Under the pieces are notes generated by a model. The model was not told the origin of the DNA. It did not search any database and saw only the letters and a program-made list of their open reading frames with translations. Shown one piece after another: positions 1-10,820 of a stretch of DNA of 64,000 bases (position 1 is the stretch's first letter; the number at the start of each line of letters is the position of its first letter). This DNA comes from an uncultured Gammaproteobacteria bacterium (GTDB taxonomy: Bacteria; Pseudomonadota; Gammaproteobacteria; JACCXJ01). The position numbers and the translations under genes are program-made. Location of the stretch: assembly GCA_963764725.1 (NCBI GenBank), contig CAVXTM010000002.1:96001-160000 (forward strand), read 5' to 3'.

Positions 1-1689
1 TCGTGCTTGGGCCCGAACGGCTGGCCAGGCGGCCAGCGATCGATGAACACGACTTCTACGCTGGCCGTTATATCGATGCAGAAGGAAACCCGGTCCCGAT
101 CAAGATTGAGGTGGTTGTCATTGACCTCACCGATGAGCAAGCGCGGTATTTCCGGGACCATTTGGAATGGTGGAATGAAGGTACAAAGAGCCTACTGGAT
201 GGTCCACCGCCCGAAGGCACTGACCAGGCAGGCGTGTTTCCGGCTCTTCGGGTTGGCTTCACAGGCACGTACGACAAAGACGAAGATGACTTCACGGGTA
301 CGACCTACTTCCTTTCTCCCACTCTAGAAAACGGAGGGCACGATCCGTTTCGTACTCCCGACAAGAGACTCTGCGGATTCTTGTTCTTACGGACTCTCCG
401 CACGGGCTCGCGGGCGCTGAGTCTTGAGCGTGGTTCGCTGCTCGACATCATTCTCCGGTTGCAGGAAAAGCGGCTCCAGATGTGGGAGGAAGTACTTGAC
501 CAACTCCGAAAGCTACCGGTTGCCGAGAAACCGGAACTTGGGATCAGTGACATCCTCTCGAAGGTACAGGAATCTGTAAGGTCGTTTGTGTCGTCTGACT
601 GGGCGGATAACCCACACATGCGGGTATCCGACCTGACTCGTGAGAATCTGCGTCGAGCGCTCACCGTTTTCATGGGTACGGGGGCTAAGCGTGAGGACGG
701 GTCGGACTACGCGGCACCGTTCCAGCACCAAGGTACTGGCACAATCAATATACTTGTTCTGGCCCTTCTTTCGCTGATCGCTGAATTGAAACAAAACGTG
801 ATCTTCGCAATGGAGGAACCCGAGATTGCGATTCCTGCCGCACACCCAGAAACGAATCATCGACAGCGTGTGTAAGAAGTCTGCGCAGGCCCTATTTACC
901 TCGCACTCACCCTACGTGCTGGAGGAGTTTAAACCCTCACAGGTTCTGGTTGTAAAACGCGAGGCCGGGGTGTTATCCGGCACGGCGGCGGATTATCCAC
1001 CGGCCGTAAAGCCGAAGGCATATCGCGTCGAGTTCCGAACTCGCTTTTGCGAAGCGCTTCTAGCCAGAAAGGTACTCATAACTGAGGGCCGGACGGAGTA
1101 TGACGCGCTCCCAGCGGCCGCGAGAAGATTGCACGAACTTGATCCTGACCGTTTCAAGACTCTTGAAGCACTTGGGCTTGCCTTGGTCAGCGCTAATACT
1201 GATTCGCAGATCGCACCACTTGGCGAGCATTTTAGCAAGCTCGGCAAAACCGTCCTTGCAGTGTTCGACAAACAGGAGCCTGCTCAGAAAACTGAGATAG
1301 AAACCAAGATTCCTTATACGTTCGAGGCTCCGGAAAAGGATTTCGAAGTTGTATTGTTGAAAGGTACCGCTGAGCCTGCATTGCGCCAATTCGCACTTGG
1401 ACTTGTTGCAGAAGGCGATTGGCCGCAGCACTTAGGCGGCAAGACTCCTACGATGGCGATGCCTGTTGACGAGTTGCGCGATGCGCTTAAGGACTACCTT
1501 GGGTGGGCGAAAGGGGCCGGAGGTGCCGCAGATCTACTGGGTGTGTGCTCGCTTGATGAGATGCCCGAGTTCATTATCAACACGCTTGAAGCGATACAGG
1601 CTATTGTTGAGCCAGTCCCGAGTGTCGAAACCGGCGACGGGCCAGGTGAGGAGCCGGTTGAGATTGCCGCTAAGCCGCCAACGGAATAG
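1..1689 (+). CDS. OLD-family ATP-dependent nuclease (ABC ATPase + TOPRIM; GajA-like), 5'-partial, one frameshift near 835
   Basis: ORFs 3..875 and 826..1689 join into one protein: QHQGTG, AMEEPE Walker B, TSHSP H-loop, TOPRIM ITEGRTE. Confidence 0.85.
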
Positions 1690-1703
1690 AGGATAGAACT
1701 AGC

Positions 1704-3425
1704 ATGCCTGAGCTGACAGCAGAAAAGAAGAGGCTGCTTGTTACTGAAGGTCATATCCTGGCCTTGGGTGGGCCAGGCTCTGGTAAAACATACATTGCGC
1801 TGTTAAAAGCAGACCGCGAGATTCGAGCAGGTAAGCTCTTGCGTGGCCAACGCATTCTGTTTCTGAGCTTTGCGCGGGCAACGATCGCGCGGGTTGCCCA
1901 GCAAGCAGGAAAGTTGATCACCGGATCGGAGCGGGAGTCCCTGGAGATCAACACCTATCATGGGTTTGCATGGAATCTGTTGCGGAGTCATGGCTATCTC
2001 TTAAACAACAGAAATCCTATTCGTCTGCTTCCACCACCTGAAGCGGCGTCGCGCCTAGCAGAAGTGGATGGCGACGCTGCGCGAACAGCAGAGAAGCGAC
2101 GCTTGTTTCAGGATGAGGGGCTGCTGCACTTTGACCTCTTTGCCGACCTTTGTGCAAATCTGCTGTTGAAGAGTAAAGCCCTCGCTCGTATCGTCAGTGA
2201 TGCGTACTCGATCGTTATACTCGACGAGTTCCAAGACACGAACTCGGATGAGTGGCTAATGATTCAGGCGCTCGGCGCGCGGAGCCGGTTAATAGCGCTT
2301 GCCGATGCTGAGCAACGTATTTACGAGTTTCGAGGAGCAGACCCAAAGCGTATCGGTGAATTCATCGCTGCCTATGAACCGGCGCAATTCGACTTTGGAT
2401 CAGAGAACAACCGTAGCAACGGCACCGACATAACTGTTTTCGGGAACGACCTTCTCACGGAAGCGAACAAGGCCAAGAACTACAACGATGTCGTATTGAC
2501 CCGTTACGGCTTTTACGGCGGCAGAAGCGCCCACTATGCAATGAAGGGATCTCTGATCCAGGCCATTAATCGCCTGAAGTCAGGGCCGGGCGGCTGGTCT
2601 GTAGCCGTCTTGGTTCCAACAAAGCGCCTAATGCTTCAAGTCTCAGATTATCTGACGGATGAGGCGGATGCCTTGCCCTCGCTGAATCACGATGTTGCCC
2701 TCGATACCGAGGCGCCTGCTTTGGCAGCCGCCCTCATTGCGGGAGTGCTGGAGGGTGCTGCTATTCCTGCCGAGACCGCCCAGCGTTTAATCGTTGACCT
2801 TTGCACGCACATCCGAGGTCGGAAAGGTAACAATCCACCGAATCAGGCCGAGCTTGGACTTGCGGGAGCGCTTGGTGGCTATCTTCGGTCGGGAACGGTC
2901 AGGGGCAAGAAGCGGGAGCAGATCGTTCAGGAGACTATAAGAATCGCCGAGGAAAGGCATCGTCTCGATCTGTCCGGAGACCCTTGGGAAGACTGGCTCG
3001 CAGTCCGCCGATTGCTTGCCGGATCAGATGCTGATGTTCTCCGGCAGATCGCTGAGGACGCAAAGTACCTCCGGTTGTTGCACAAGGGCGCAGCGCTTCG
3101 TTCCCGACTTGGAGAGCTTTGGCGCACAACCGCTGGCTACCTTGGGGCCGCTTCCGCGGTGCGCGATGCGCTGCTTCAGGAACATTTCTCGACCTCGACA
3201 AAGGAATGGCGAGGCGTCCATGTGATGACCATCCATAAGTCCAAGGGCAAGGAGTTCGATGAAGTCATCGTGTACGAGGGCAGTCACCAAGGGCGAATCG
3301 TGGGCGCAAACGCATCAGAGCGAGATATTGCCCAAGCACGCTTGGCACTGCGAGTGGCAGTTACGCGGGCGATGAAACGCGCGACGATTCTGACGCCGAA
3401 AAATGATGTGTGCAGTTTTCTCTAG
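1704..3425 (+). CDS. UvrD/Rep superfamily I helicase (GajB-like)
   Basis: GGPGSGKT, ILDEFQDT, VMTIHKSKGKEFD, RVAVTRA motifs; starts 14 bp after the OLD nuclease. Confidence 0.9.
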   Translation: MPELTAEKKRLLVTEGHILALGGPGSGKTYIALLKADREIRAGKLLRGQRILFLSFARATIARVAQQAGKLITGSERESLEINTYHGFAWNLLRSHGYLLNNRNPIRLLPPPEAASRLAEVDGDAARTAEKRRLFQDEGLLHFDLFADLCANLLLKSKALARIVSDAYSIVILDEFQDTNSDEWLMIQALGARSRLIALADAEQRIYEFRGADPKRIGEFIAAYEPAQFDFGSENNRSNGTDITVFGNDLLTEANKAKNYNDVVLTRYGFYGGRSAHYAMKGSLIQAINRLKSGPGGWSVAVLVPTKRLMLQVSDYLTDEADALPSLNHDVALDTEAPALAAALIAGVLEGAAIPAETAQRLIVDLCTHIRGRKGNNPPNQAELGLAGALGGYLRSGTVRGKKREQIVQETIRIAEERHRLDLSGDPWEDWLAVRRLLAGSDADVLRQIAEDAKYLRLLHKGAALRSRLGELWRTTAGYLGAASAVRDALLQEHFSTSTKEWRGVHVMTIHKSKGKEFDEVIVYEGSHQGRIVGANASERDIAQARLALRVAVTRAMKRATILTPKNDVCSFL

Positions 3426-3563
3426 TCGATGTCGAACTGACAAGATGAAACAATGAATCGTCCCACCAGGCACAAAACTGTCCAATCCGGCATCCTCGCC
3501 TACGCGTAGGAAATCGGGTGGCGGTTTGTGCCACGCGCCGAGGCGGAGAAGCGATGCAGATTT

Positions 3564-3600
3564 CCCCCTCACCCCGACCCTCCCGGAAGGGGAGCGGGGG
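3564..3600. repeat. CCCTCACCCCGACCCTCCC...GGGGAGCGGGGG short palindromic repeat element
   Basis: GC-rich imperfect hairpin of a commonly seen intergenic repeat type. Confidence 0.5.
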
Positions 3601-3642
3601 AATACTGAGCGCGCCCGGACAAAGCTGGCTGACAACTGCGGA

Positions 3643-3833
3643 TACCCAAAATGGGTAGCATCAACCCCAAACTGGGCATGACAATTCAGTGTGACCTCTC
3701 GGGGATCCGAGGGACGTAGAAATCGTTACGCGCCACTTAAATTGACGCAAACGAGCGAATCGCGCCACGGGGCGAGTAGGGCGGCGAGCTTGATCATACC
3801 CAAATACGGGGTTTAACATACCCAGTATGGGTA
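3643..3833. promoter_or_regulatory. TACCCA-N3-TGGGTA palindromic operator repeats, probably antitoxin autoregulation
   Basis: Perfect copies at 3643 and 3819 (the latter overlaps the ATG at 3827); degenerate copies near 3664 and 3797. Confidence 0.6.
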
Positions 3834-4456
3834 CAACGAAACGGCCAGCCAAAACCCTCCCGTCTCCGGTTTCCGGGATTGCCGACGCGCTGTTCAGCAA
3901 GGTGCAGCAGCGCGTGCTGGCTATGCTGTTCGGGAATCCGGGCCGGAGTTTTTACGCGAATGAGGTGATTGCCCTCGCGGGTTCCGGCACGGGCGCGGTG
4001 CAGCGGGAGTTGGCCCGCCTTGAGGCGGCGGGCTTGGTGACGGTCACGCGCGTGGGCAATCAGAAACACTATCAGGCCAATGCGGCGGCGCCGGTGTTCG
4101 AGGAGTTGCGCGGCTTGGTGCTGAAGACCTCCGGTCTTGCCGATGTGTTGCGCGGCGCGTTGGCGCCGCTGTCGGCGCAGATCAGCGCCGCGTTCGTCTA
4201 TGGTTCGGTGGCCAAAAGGCAGGACACGGCTAAGAGCGATATTGATCTGATGGTGGTGAGCGACAGCTTGTCTTATGCGGATTTGTTCGCCGCTCTGGAG
4301 GAGGCAACGAACCGGCTCGGGCGGCCCGTGAATCCAACGGTGTATTCCCGGCAGGAACTCGACAAGCGTATTCGGGCGGACAACGCATTCATCAAGCGGG
4401 TCTTGGCGCAGCCAAAGTTATGGGTGATCGGGGAGGAACTTGGCCTCACCGCTTGA
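3827..4456 (+). CDS. wHTH + minimal nucleotidyltransferase (MNT) antitoxin
   Basis: N-terminal HTH (GTGAVQRELARL), then YGSVAK...SDIDLMVV nucleotidyltransferase motif. Confidence 0.85.
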   Translation: MGTTKRPAKTLPSPVSGIADALFSKVQQRVLAMLFGNPGRSFYANEVIALAGSGTGAVQRELARLEAAGLVTVTRVGNQKHYQANAAAPVFEELRGLVLKTSGLADVLRGALAPLSAQISAAFVYGSVAKRQDTAKSDIDLMVVSDSLSYADLFAALEEATNRLGRPVNPTVYSRQELDKRIRADNAFIKRVLAQPKLWVIGEELGLTA

Positions 4457-4862
4457 AAACCTGAGCGGACCCGGCAAGTCGCTTCAAAAAGAACCGCCGG
4501 ATGCAAAAGAGTTCGCCGGTCTGAAGCGTTCCGGTTTGGCGCGCTTGTCCGATGCTGCCAATACCACCAATTCGTTGGAGGGTCGTTTCGATCTCGCCTA
4601 CAATGCGGCGCATGCCTTGTGCCTGGCTGCATTGCGCTGGCACGGTTACCGACCGGCTAACCGATATATCGTATATCAGGTGTTGCCACACACGCTCGGC
4701 CTGGGGCCTGCGGTATGGGGCGTGCTCTCCAAGTGCCACGACGTGAGGAATCTCGGCGAATACGAGGGCGATCTGAATGTCAACGAGCGGCTCCTCGCGG
4801 ACCTGGTCGAAGCGTGCAAAGCGGTAGCCGCCGCGCTCGACAAGCTGCCGCTGCCCACCTGA
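4440..4862 (+). CDS. HEPN-domain toxin
   Basis: Overlaps the MNT gene; AYNAAH and RNLGEY (Rx4Y) HEPN-type motifs. Confidence 0.75.
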   Translation: MASPLENLSGPGKSLQKEPPDAKEFAGLKRSGLARLSDAANTTNSLEGRFDLAYNAAHALCLAALRWHGYRPANRYIVYQVLPHTLGLGPAVWGVLSKCHDVRNLGEYEGDLNVNERLLADLVEACKAVAAALDKLPLPT

Positions 4863-4873
4863 TGAGGGAAGGC

Positions 4874-7847
4874 GTGGCCGCTCCCGGCGAGCACAAGACC
4901 GTCCAGGCCCGCATCCTGCCTACGCGCAGGAGATCGGCTGGACGCTACGTGCCGCGCGCCGAGGCCGAGACGCGGCGCGGGTTCGATCTCCGAAGGCGAC
5001 GCACGCCGAGGAGCGCGCGCGGAGGCGTCGCTCTTACTTCGACGACCTGCTGGACGCGCAGGTGCTGCGCCTTCAACCCGAAGTACAAAGAAGCCGAGGG
5101 CGCGCTGGTCGGCGAGTTCCAGCGGCTTCAACGCGGACATCGCCGGCAATCGCGATTTCCTCGCCTACCTCCGCAACCAGGGCAAGTTCTTCTACGCCGA
5201 GGAGAACCGCGAGCTGAACCTTCGCTGATCGACTACGGCGACCTGACCCGCCCGCGCGGCGAATGGCGCAACGTCTACGAGGTGACCGAGGAGTTCTACT
5301 GTCCACAACGGCCAGCTACGGCACGCGCGAGGACGTCGTCTTCCTCATCAACGGCATCCCGGTGCTGGTGATCGAGTGCAAGAACGCGACCAAGGACGAG
5401 GCGATCGCGCTCGGCGTCGATCAGATCCGCCGCTACCACGCCGAGACGCCGGAGGTGTTGGTGCCGCAGATGCTCTTCACCGCCACCGAGGCGATCGGCT
5501 TCTGCCTACGGCGTCACGTGGAACCTGATCCGCCGGAACATCTTCAACTGGAAGCACGAGCAGAAGCGGCAACCTCGAAGCGAAGGTCAAGAGCTTCTGC
5601 GCCGTTCCGCACGTGCTGCGGCTTCTGAAGGACTTCATCCTCTTCGCGGAGAAGGACGAGGAGCTGCAGAAGTTCATCCTCCGCCAGCACCAGACGACGG
5701 CCGTGGACAAGGTGGTCGAGCGCGCGCTCTCGATCCGCAACGCTCGCGCGGCCTGGTCTGGCACACGCAGGGCAGCGGCAAGACGTTCACGATGATCAAG
5801 GCCGCCGAGCTGCTGTTCAAGGCCACCGAGGCGGAGAAGCCGACCGTCCTGCTGCTGATCGACCGCAACGAGCTGGAAGACCAGATGCTGAAGAACCTGG
5901 CGGCGCTCGGCCTGGGCAACGTCGCGCACGCCAACCAGCATCGCCGCGCTCGAACAAGCTGCTCGACGAGAAGGGCAGGACTACCGCGGCATCGTCGTCA
6001 CGACGATCCACAAGTTCCGCGACATGCCGGCGAACCTCAACACGCGGCACGAACATCTTCGTGCTGATCGACGAGGCCCACCGCACGACCGGCGGCGACC
6101 TCGGCAACTACCTGATGGCCGGCTTGCCGAACGCCGAGCTTCATCGGCTTCACCGGCACGCCGGTGGACAAGACGGCCTACGGCAAGGGCACGTTCAAGA
6201 CCTTCGGCAGCGAGGACGACCAGGGCTACCTGCACAAGTACTCGATCGCGCGAGAGCATCGAGGACGGCACGACGCTGCCGCTCTACTACAACCTCGCGC
6301 CGAACGAGATGCTCGTGCCGCACGAGCTGATGGAGAAGGAATTCCTCGTCGCTCGCCGAGACCGAGGGCATCACCGACATCGAGGAGCTGAACAAGATCC
6401 TCGACCGCGCGGTGAACCTGAAGAACTTCCTCAAGGGCAAGGAGCGCGTCGACGAAGGTCGCGCGGTACGTCGCCGAGCACTACCGCCAGAACGTCGAGC
6501 CGCTGGGCTACAAGGCGTTCCTGGTCGGCGTGGACCGCGAGGCCTGCGCCCTCTACAAGGAGGCGCTCGACCAGATCCTGCCGCCGGAGTACTCGGAGGT
6601 CGTCTACACCGGCAACAACAACGACCCCGCGCACCTGAAGAAGTGCCACCTCGACGAGAAGAAGGAGAAGCAGATCCGCAAGGACTTCGCCAAGGCCGGC
6701 GAGCTCCCGAAGATCCTGATCGTCACCGAGAAGCTGCTGACCGGCTTCGACGCGCCGGTCCTGTACGCGATGTATCTCGACAAGCCGATGCGCGACCACA
6801 CGCTGCTCCAGGCGATCGCGCGGGTGAACCGGCCCTACGAGAACGAGGCGCGAAGAGATGGTGAAGCCGCACGGCTTCGTGCTCGATTTCGTCGGCATCT
6901 TCGACAAGCTGGAAAAGGCGCTGGCCTTCGACAGCGACGAGATCAACGCCATCGTCAAGGACCTCGGGCTGCTGAAGGAGCTGTTCAAGACCAAGATGGA
7001 GACGCAAGGCGCCGGCACTATCTGGCGCTCGTCACGCACGGCTTCAACGACAAGGACGTGGACAACCTGATCGAGCACTTCCGCGACAAGGAGCGGCGCA
7101 AGGAGTTCTTCAAGGAGTACAAGGAACTCGAGATGCTCTACGAGATCATCTCGCCGGATGCCTTCCTGCGGCCGTTCATCGACGACTACACGACCCTTTC
7201 CGCGATCTACGCCGTGGTGCGCAAGGCGTACACGAAGAAGGTCTACGTCGACAAGGCGTTCCAGACGGAAGACCAACGAGCTGGTGCAGAAGCACATCGG
7301 AACCATGCTCGCTCAGCTATCCGTGGACTATCGTCGCCATCGACAATGCGACGATCGAGCCGATCAAGAAACGACGCGACGGCGACGCGACGAAGGTCAT
7401 CAATCTCATCAAGAGCATCGAGAAGACGGCGGAAGAGAACAGCGACGATCCGTTCCTGATCGCCATGGCGGAGCGAGCCAGGGCGGTCCAGGAGAGCTTC
7501 GAGGACCGGCAGACGGCAACCGCAGAGGCGCTGGCCGAGCTGCTTACGGAAATCGAGAGGAACGAGCAGCGCAAGAAGGAGCAGGCCGCGAAGGGGCTCG
7601 ATGCCATGACCTACTTCGTCCTGTGCAAGCTCACCGACGACGGCATCCCGAACCCTGAGATCGCCAGCCAGCAAGGTAGCCGCGGCGTTCGCCAAACACC
7701 CGAACTGGCGGCGCAGCGAGGCTGAGCTGCGCGAGGTGCGCAAGCAGGTGACTTTCGCGCTCATCGCCGAGGAGGATGACCTCGACAAAGGTGACAGCAA
7801 CGGTCGAAGCCTTGTTCACTCTTCTCCAGAAGAGCTTCCGGCGATGA
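4874..7847 (+). pseudogene. hsdR: Type I restriction enzyme R subunit (HsdR), many frameshifts (possibly sequencing errors)
   Basis: Fragments INGIPVLVIECKNA, WHTQGSGKT, LIDEAHRT, LLTGFDAP..YLDKPMRDHTLLQAIARVNR spread across frames. Confidence 0.9.
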
Positions 7848-8186
7848 GTGCCTGGCGCGACAAGGAAGAGTTCAAAGCCCGCGTGCTCGAGTGGGCCGAC
7901 AAGCTCGACGTGCAGTGTACGTTCGCTGACCGTCCGCCCGATGCGCAACAAATGGGCCTCTTGCTCCACCGCCGGGAACTTGAACTTCAACGCGGAGCTG
8001 TTAGCCTTGGACCGCGAAATCGGTGACTACGTCATCGTCCACGAGCTGCTGCACTTCTTCGTACCGAACCACGGCAAGCTGTGGAAAAGCCTGATGCACG
8101 CCCATCTGGGGGACTTTAAAGGGCTCGAAGACAAGCTGAAACAATCGGCGGGACCTGGCGCAAGTAGCGTACCCGTTGCCCGCTAG
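7844..8186 (+). CDS. M48/YgjP (SprT-like) metallopeptidase associated with type I RM, frameshift near 7917
   Basis: KWASCS and YVIVHELLH (HExxH); ATGA overlap with the hsdR stop. Confidence 0.8.
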
Positions 8187-8309
8187 AAGCAGAAGAGAAC
8201 GCGATCAACGGGAACCCAAATCGCATTGCTCACGGAGATTCTTGATAAGATAAGTCATTACGCAGGAGCATTAGGAGGGATTAGTCTTGGATTGTAGGAC
8301 CGGAGGCGG

Positions 8310-9386
8310 ATGGTGACTCGCGAGCGGCATGGCATGAAAGGTAGAGGCGCAAAGACAAACACGCCTATTCGGTTCTTCACGGAGACCCGCGAAGCTGTCG
8401 ATGACGGATGGACGGGCGACGATGCGGTCCCTCCGCCATTGCAGACCATCGTGACCGAAGAGCAGGCCCGCTCGATCATCTCATATAACCAATCTCCGGA
8501 CCTACCGTTCGAGCGTTCGATCAATCCTTATCGCGGCTGCGAACATGGCTGCATCTACTGTTACGCGCGGCCGACGCATGCTTATCTCGATCTCTCGCCG
8601 GGGCTCGACTTCGAGAGCCGCTTGTTCGCAAAACCGAATGCCGCGGCGCTGTTGAGAAAGGAAATTGCCAAGCCCGGCTATGTGTGCCGCCAGATCGCGC
8701 TTGGCACCAACACCGATCCCTATCAGCCGATCGAACGCAGCTTCGGGATCACCCGGCAGATCATCGAGGTTTTGTGGGACTGCCGCCATCCCCTGAGCAT
8801 CGTGACCAAGTCGTCGTTGGTCGAGCGCGATCTCGACCTGCTCGCCCCGATGGCGCGCGAGAACCTGGTCGAGGCGTACGTTTCGATCACGACCTTGGAT
8901 CGGGCCTTGGCGCGCCGCATGGAACCGCGCGCTACCGCACCGCAACGGCGCCTGGATACCGTCAAGCGCTTGAGCGCCGCCGGGATCCCGGCAGGGGTGC
9001 TGTTTGCCCCGGTGATCCCGGCGCTGAACGATGCGGAAATGGAATCGATACTCGAAGCGGCCTCGAACGCCGGTGCGCGCTATGCCGGTTACGTCTTATT
9101 GCGTTTGCCGCATGAGGTTAAGCAGTTGTTCGAGGAGTGGCTGCAGGTCCACGAACCGCTGAAGGCCGCGCGTATCATGAACCGCGTACGCGATATGCGC
9201 GGCGGTCAGGATAACGATCCCCATTTCGGCACGCGCATGCGAGGCACCGGGATTTTCGCTGAAGTCATTCGCAACCGTTTCGACCTCGCCTGCAAGCGCC
9301 ACAGGCTCACGCGTTCGGCGCGCGCATTGGACACCTCGAAATTCAAACCCCCGGGCGTGCCCGGCCGGCAACTCGCCCTGTTTTGA
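8310..9386 (+). CDS. PA0069-family radical SAM protein (SplB-like)
   Basis: NPYRGCEHGCIYCYAR CxxxCxxC, TNTDPYQP, C-terminal QLALF clamp-binding-like motif. Confidence 0.9.
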   Translation: MVTRERHGMKGRGAKTNTPIRFFTETREAVDDGWTGDDAVPPPLQTIVTEEQARSIISYNQSPDLPFERSINPYRGCEHGCIYCYARPTHAYLDLSPGLDFESRLFAKPNAAALLRKEIAKPGYVCRQIALGTNTDPYQPIERSFGITRQIIEVLWDCRHPLSIVTKSSLVERDLDLLAPMARENLVEAYVSITTLDRALARRMEPRATAPQRRLDTVKRLSAAGIPAGVLFAPVIPALNDAEMESILEAASNAGARYAGYVLLRLPHEVKQLFEEWLQVHEPLKAARIMNRVRDMRGGQDNDPHFGTRMRGTGIFAEVIRNRFDLACKRHRLTRSARALDTSKFKPPGVPGRQLALF

Positions 9387-9387
9387 T

Positions 9388-10815
9388 TCATCGCCAGCTC
9401 ATACGCCTGCGCAGAAGCTCCTCGACAGTTGAACAGAGGGTATTAACATCCAGGATAACGCCGAATATGCTACGAAAGATCGGGCAAAGCAGAATCAAGA
9501 CCTTCTTCTCAGCCATCGTGCGCATTGCAAACACGGCTGCGTTGATCTCGATGAGCAGAAGGATCAGGTACCAGGGAACGAGCGTTCCGACTTCGCCGAC
9601 AATGATCAGCAAGCCAGCAAACATCACGATACCGTAAATATTCACGAGAGGCCATAGGATATTCTCGATGATAAATATGCCGAGCCATAGCGGGAATGCT
9701 CGGGGAGGATGCGGTAACACGTGCCAGCGCTTCCAGTTCTTCCGGAGTGCCTGGATGTTGCCACGAGTCCAGCGGTAGCGCTGGCTTAGGAGCGGTACGA
9801 GAAAGGCCGGAGAGGTGGTGAAGGAGAGCGCCGCCGGTTCGAAGATGACGCGCTTCCCAAGGAGGAGCGTGTTCAGCGTGACGTCACAATCTTCGGCATA
9901 GGTGTCGTGTTCCCAGGGGCCCGTTACGTATCTCGAACTCTGTCTACCGCCCGGCGCCTCATTGCCCCACTTTCTCCAAATCTCGCTCAGGACGGTCCGG
10001 TGGAACATGGCGACTGGACCCGGTGCTATCAAAACATGCCCGAAGTTGCTCTGGGCCAGGCGGGGCATACCGTTCATAAGGGCATATTCGAGCGCCTGCA
10101 ATCGCGTTACTAGCGAACCGCGGTTACGTACCCGCACTTGCCCGGCGACTGCACCGACGTCCGGGTCCTGAAACGCAACGACGAGTTGCCTTACGGCGTT
10201 GCGATCGAGCCGCGAATCGGCGTCTACGCACATCACCAACGTTCCATTCGATTCCCTAAACCCGAGGTTAAGCGCCGAACTCTTGCCGCCGTTCGGTTTG
10301 CGCAGAACCCTGACATGCACCCCGCCATGCTGCCCAACGTAGCGAGATGCCACGGCGAACGTGTCGTCTGTCGAACCGTCGTCCACCACGATGACCTCGA
10401 GGTAAGGATACTTTACGCAAAGGATCGACTCGATGGTGCTCGCGATGCGCTCGGCTTCGTTGAATGCGGGCAACAAGATGGATACCAGTTGCCAGTCTCT
10501 CGGCTGCTCACGCGGGCGAACCGTATGCGACCATCCAAAGTACGCACAAACCATGATTACGAGGTAGCGCGTTGCTGCTACCCAACAAAAGATCAGGAAG
10601 GAGGTCGCGAAGGTCACCGCGAAGGCGAACGCAAAGCCGGAAAGTCCAGCAATCGCCGACTGCAGCTTGCCGAAGTAGTAGAGCTGCGCGACCCCTAATA
10701 CGATGGTTGCCACGAAACCGACAGCCACATTACCGGCGGCGGAACTCTGAGCGGCGCCAGCTTCTACGGTTCTTACACTGACGAGACGCATCGGTGCCCT
10801 GCTACTGCATAGCAA
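9388..10815 (-). CDS. Processive GT2 glycosyltransferase (PgaC/IcaA/NodC-like)
   Basis: DDGSTD, NGGKSSALN, VDADS, AEDCD, QRYRW motifs; TM segments at both ends. Confidence 0.9.
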   Translation of the reverse strand: MLCSSRAPMRLVSVRTVEAGAAQSSAAGNVAVGFVATIVLGVAQLYYFGKLQSAIAGLSGFAFAFAVTFATSFLIFCWVAATRYLVIMVCAYFGWSHTVRPREQPRDWQLVSILLPAFNEAERIASTIESILCVKYPYLEVIVVDDGSTDDTFAVASRYVGQHGGVHVRVLRKPNGGKSSALNLGFRESNGTLVMCVDADSRLDRNAVRQLVVAFQDPDVGAVAGQVRVRNRGSLVTRLQALEYALMNGMPRLAQSNFGHVLIAPGPVAMFHRTVLSEIWRKWGNEAPGGRQSSRYVTGPWEHDTYAEDCDVTLNTLLLGKRVIFEPAALSFTTSPAFLVPLLSQRYRWTRGNIQALRKNWKRWHVLPHPPRAFPLWLGIFIIENILWPLVNIYGIVMFAGLLIIVGEVGTLVPWYLILLLIEINAAVFAMRTMAEKKVLILLCPIFRSIFGVILDVNTLCSTVEELLRRRMSWR

Positions 10816-10820
10816 CCGCC

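Noticed and set aside
4874-7930. Programmed frameshifting or phase variation in hsdR
   Set aside because: Numerous scattered single-base indels with otherwise conserved codons look like low-coverage long-read error
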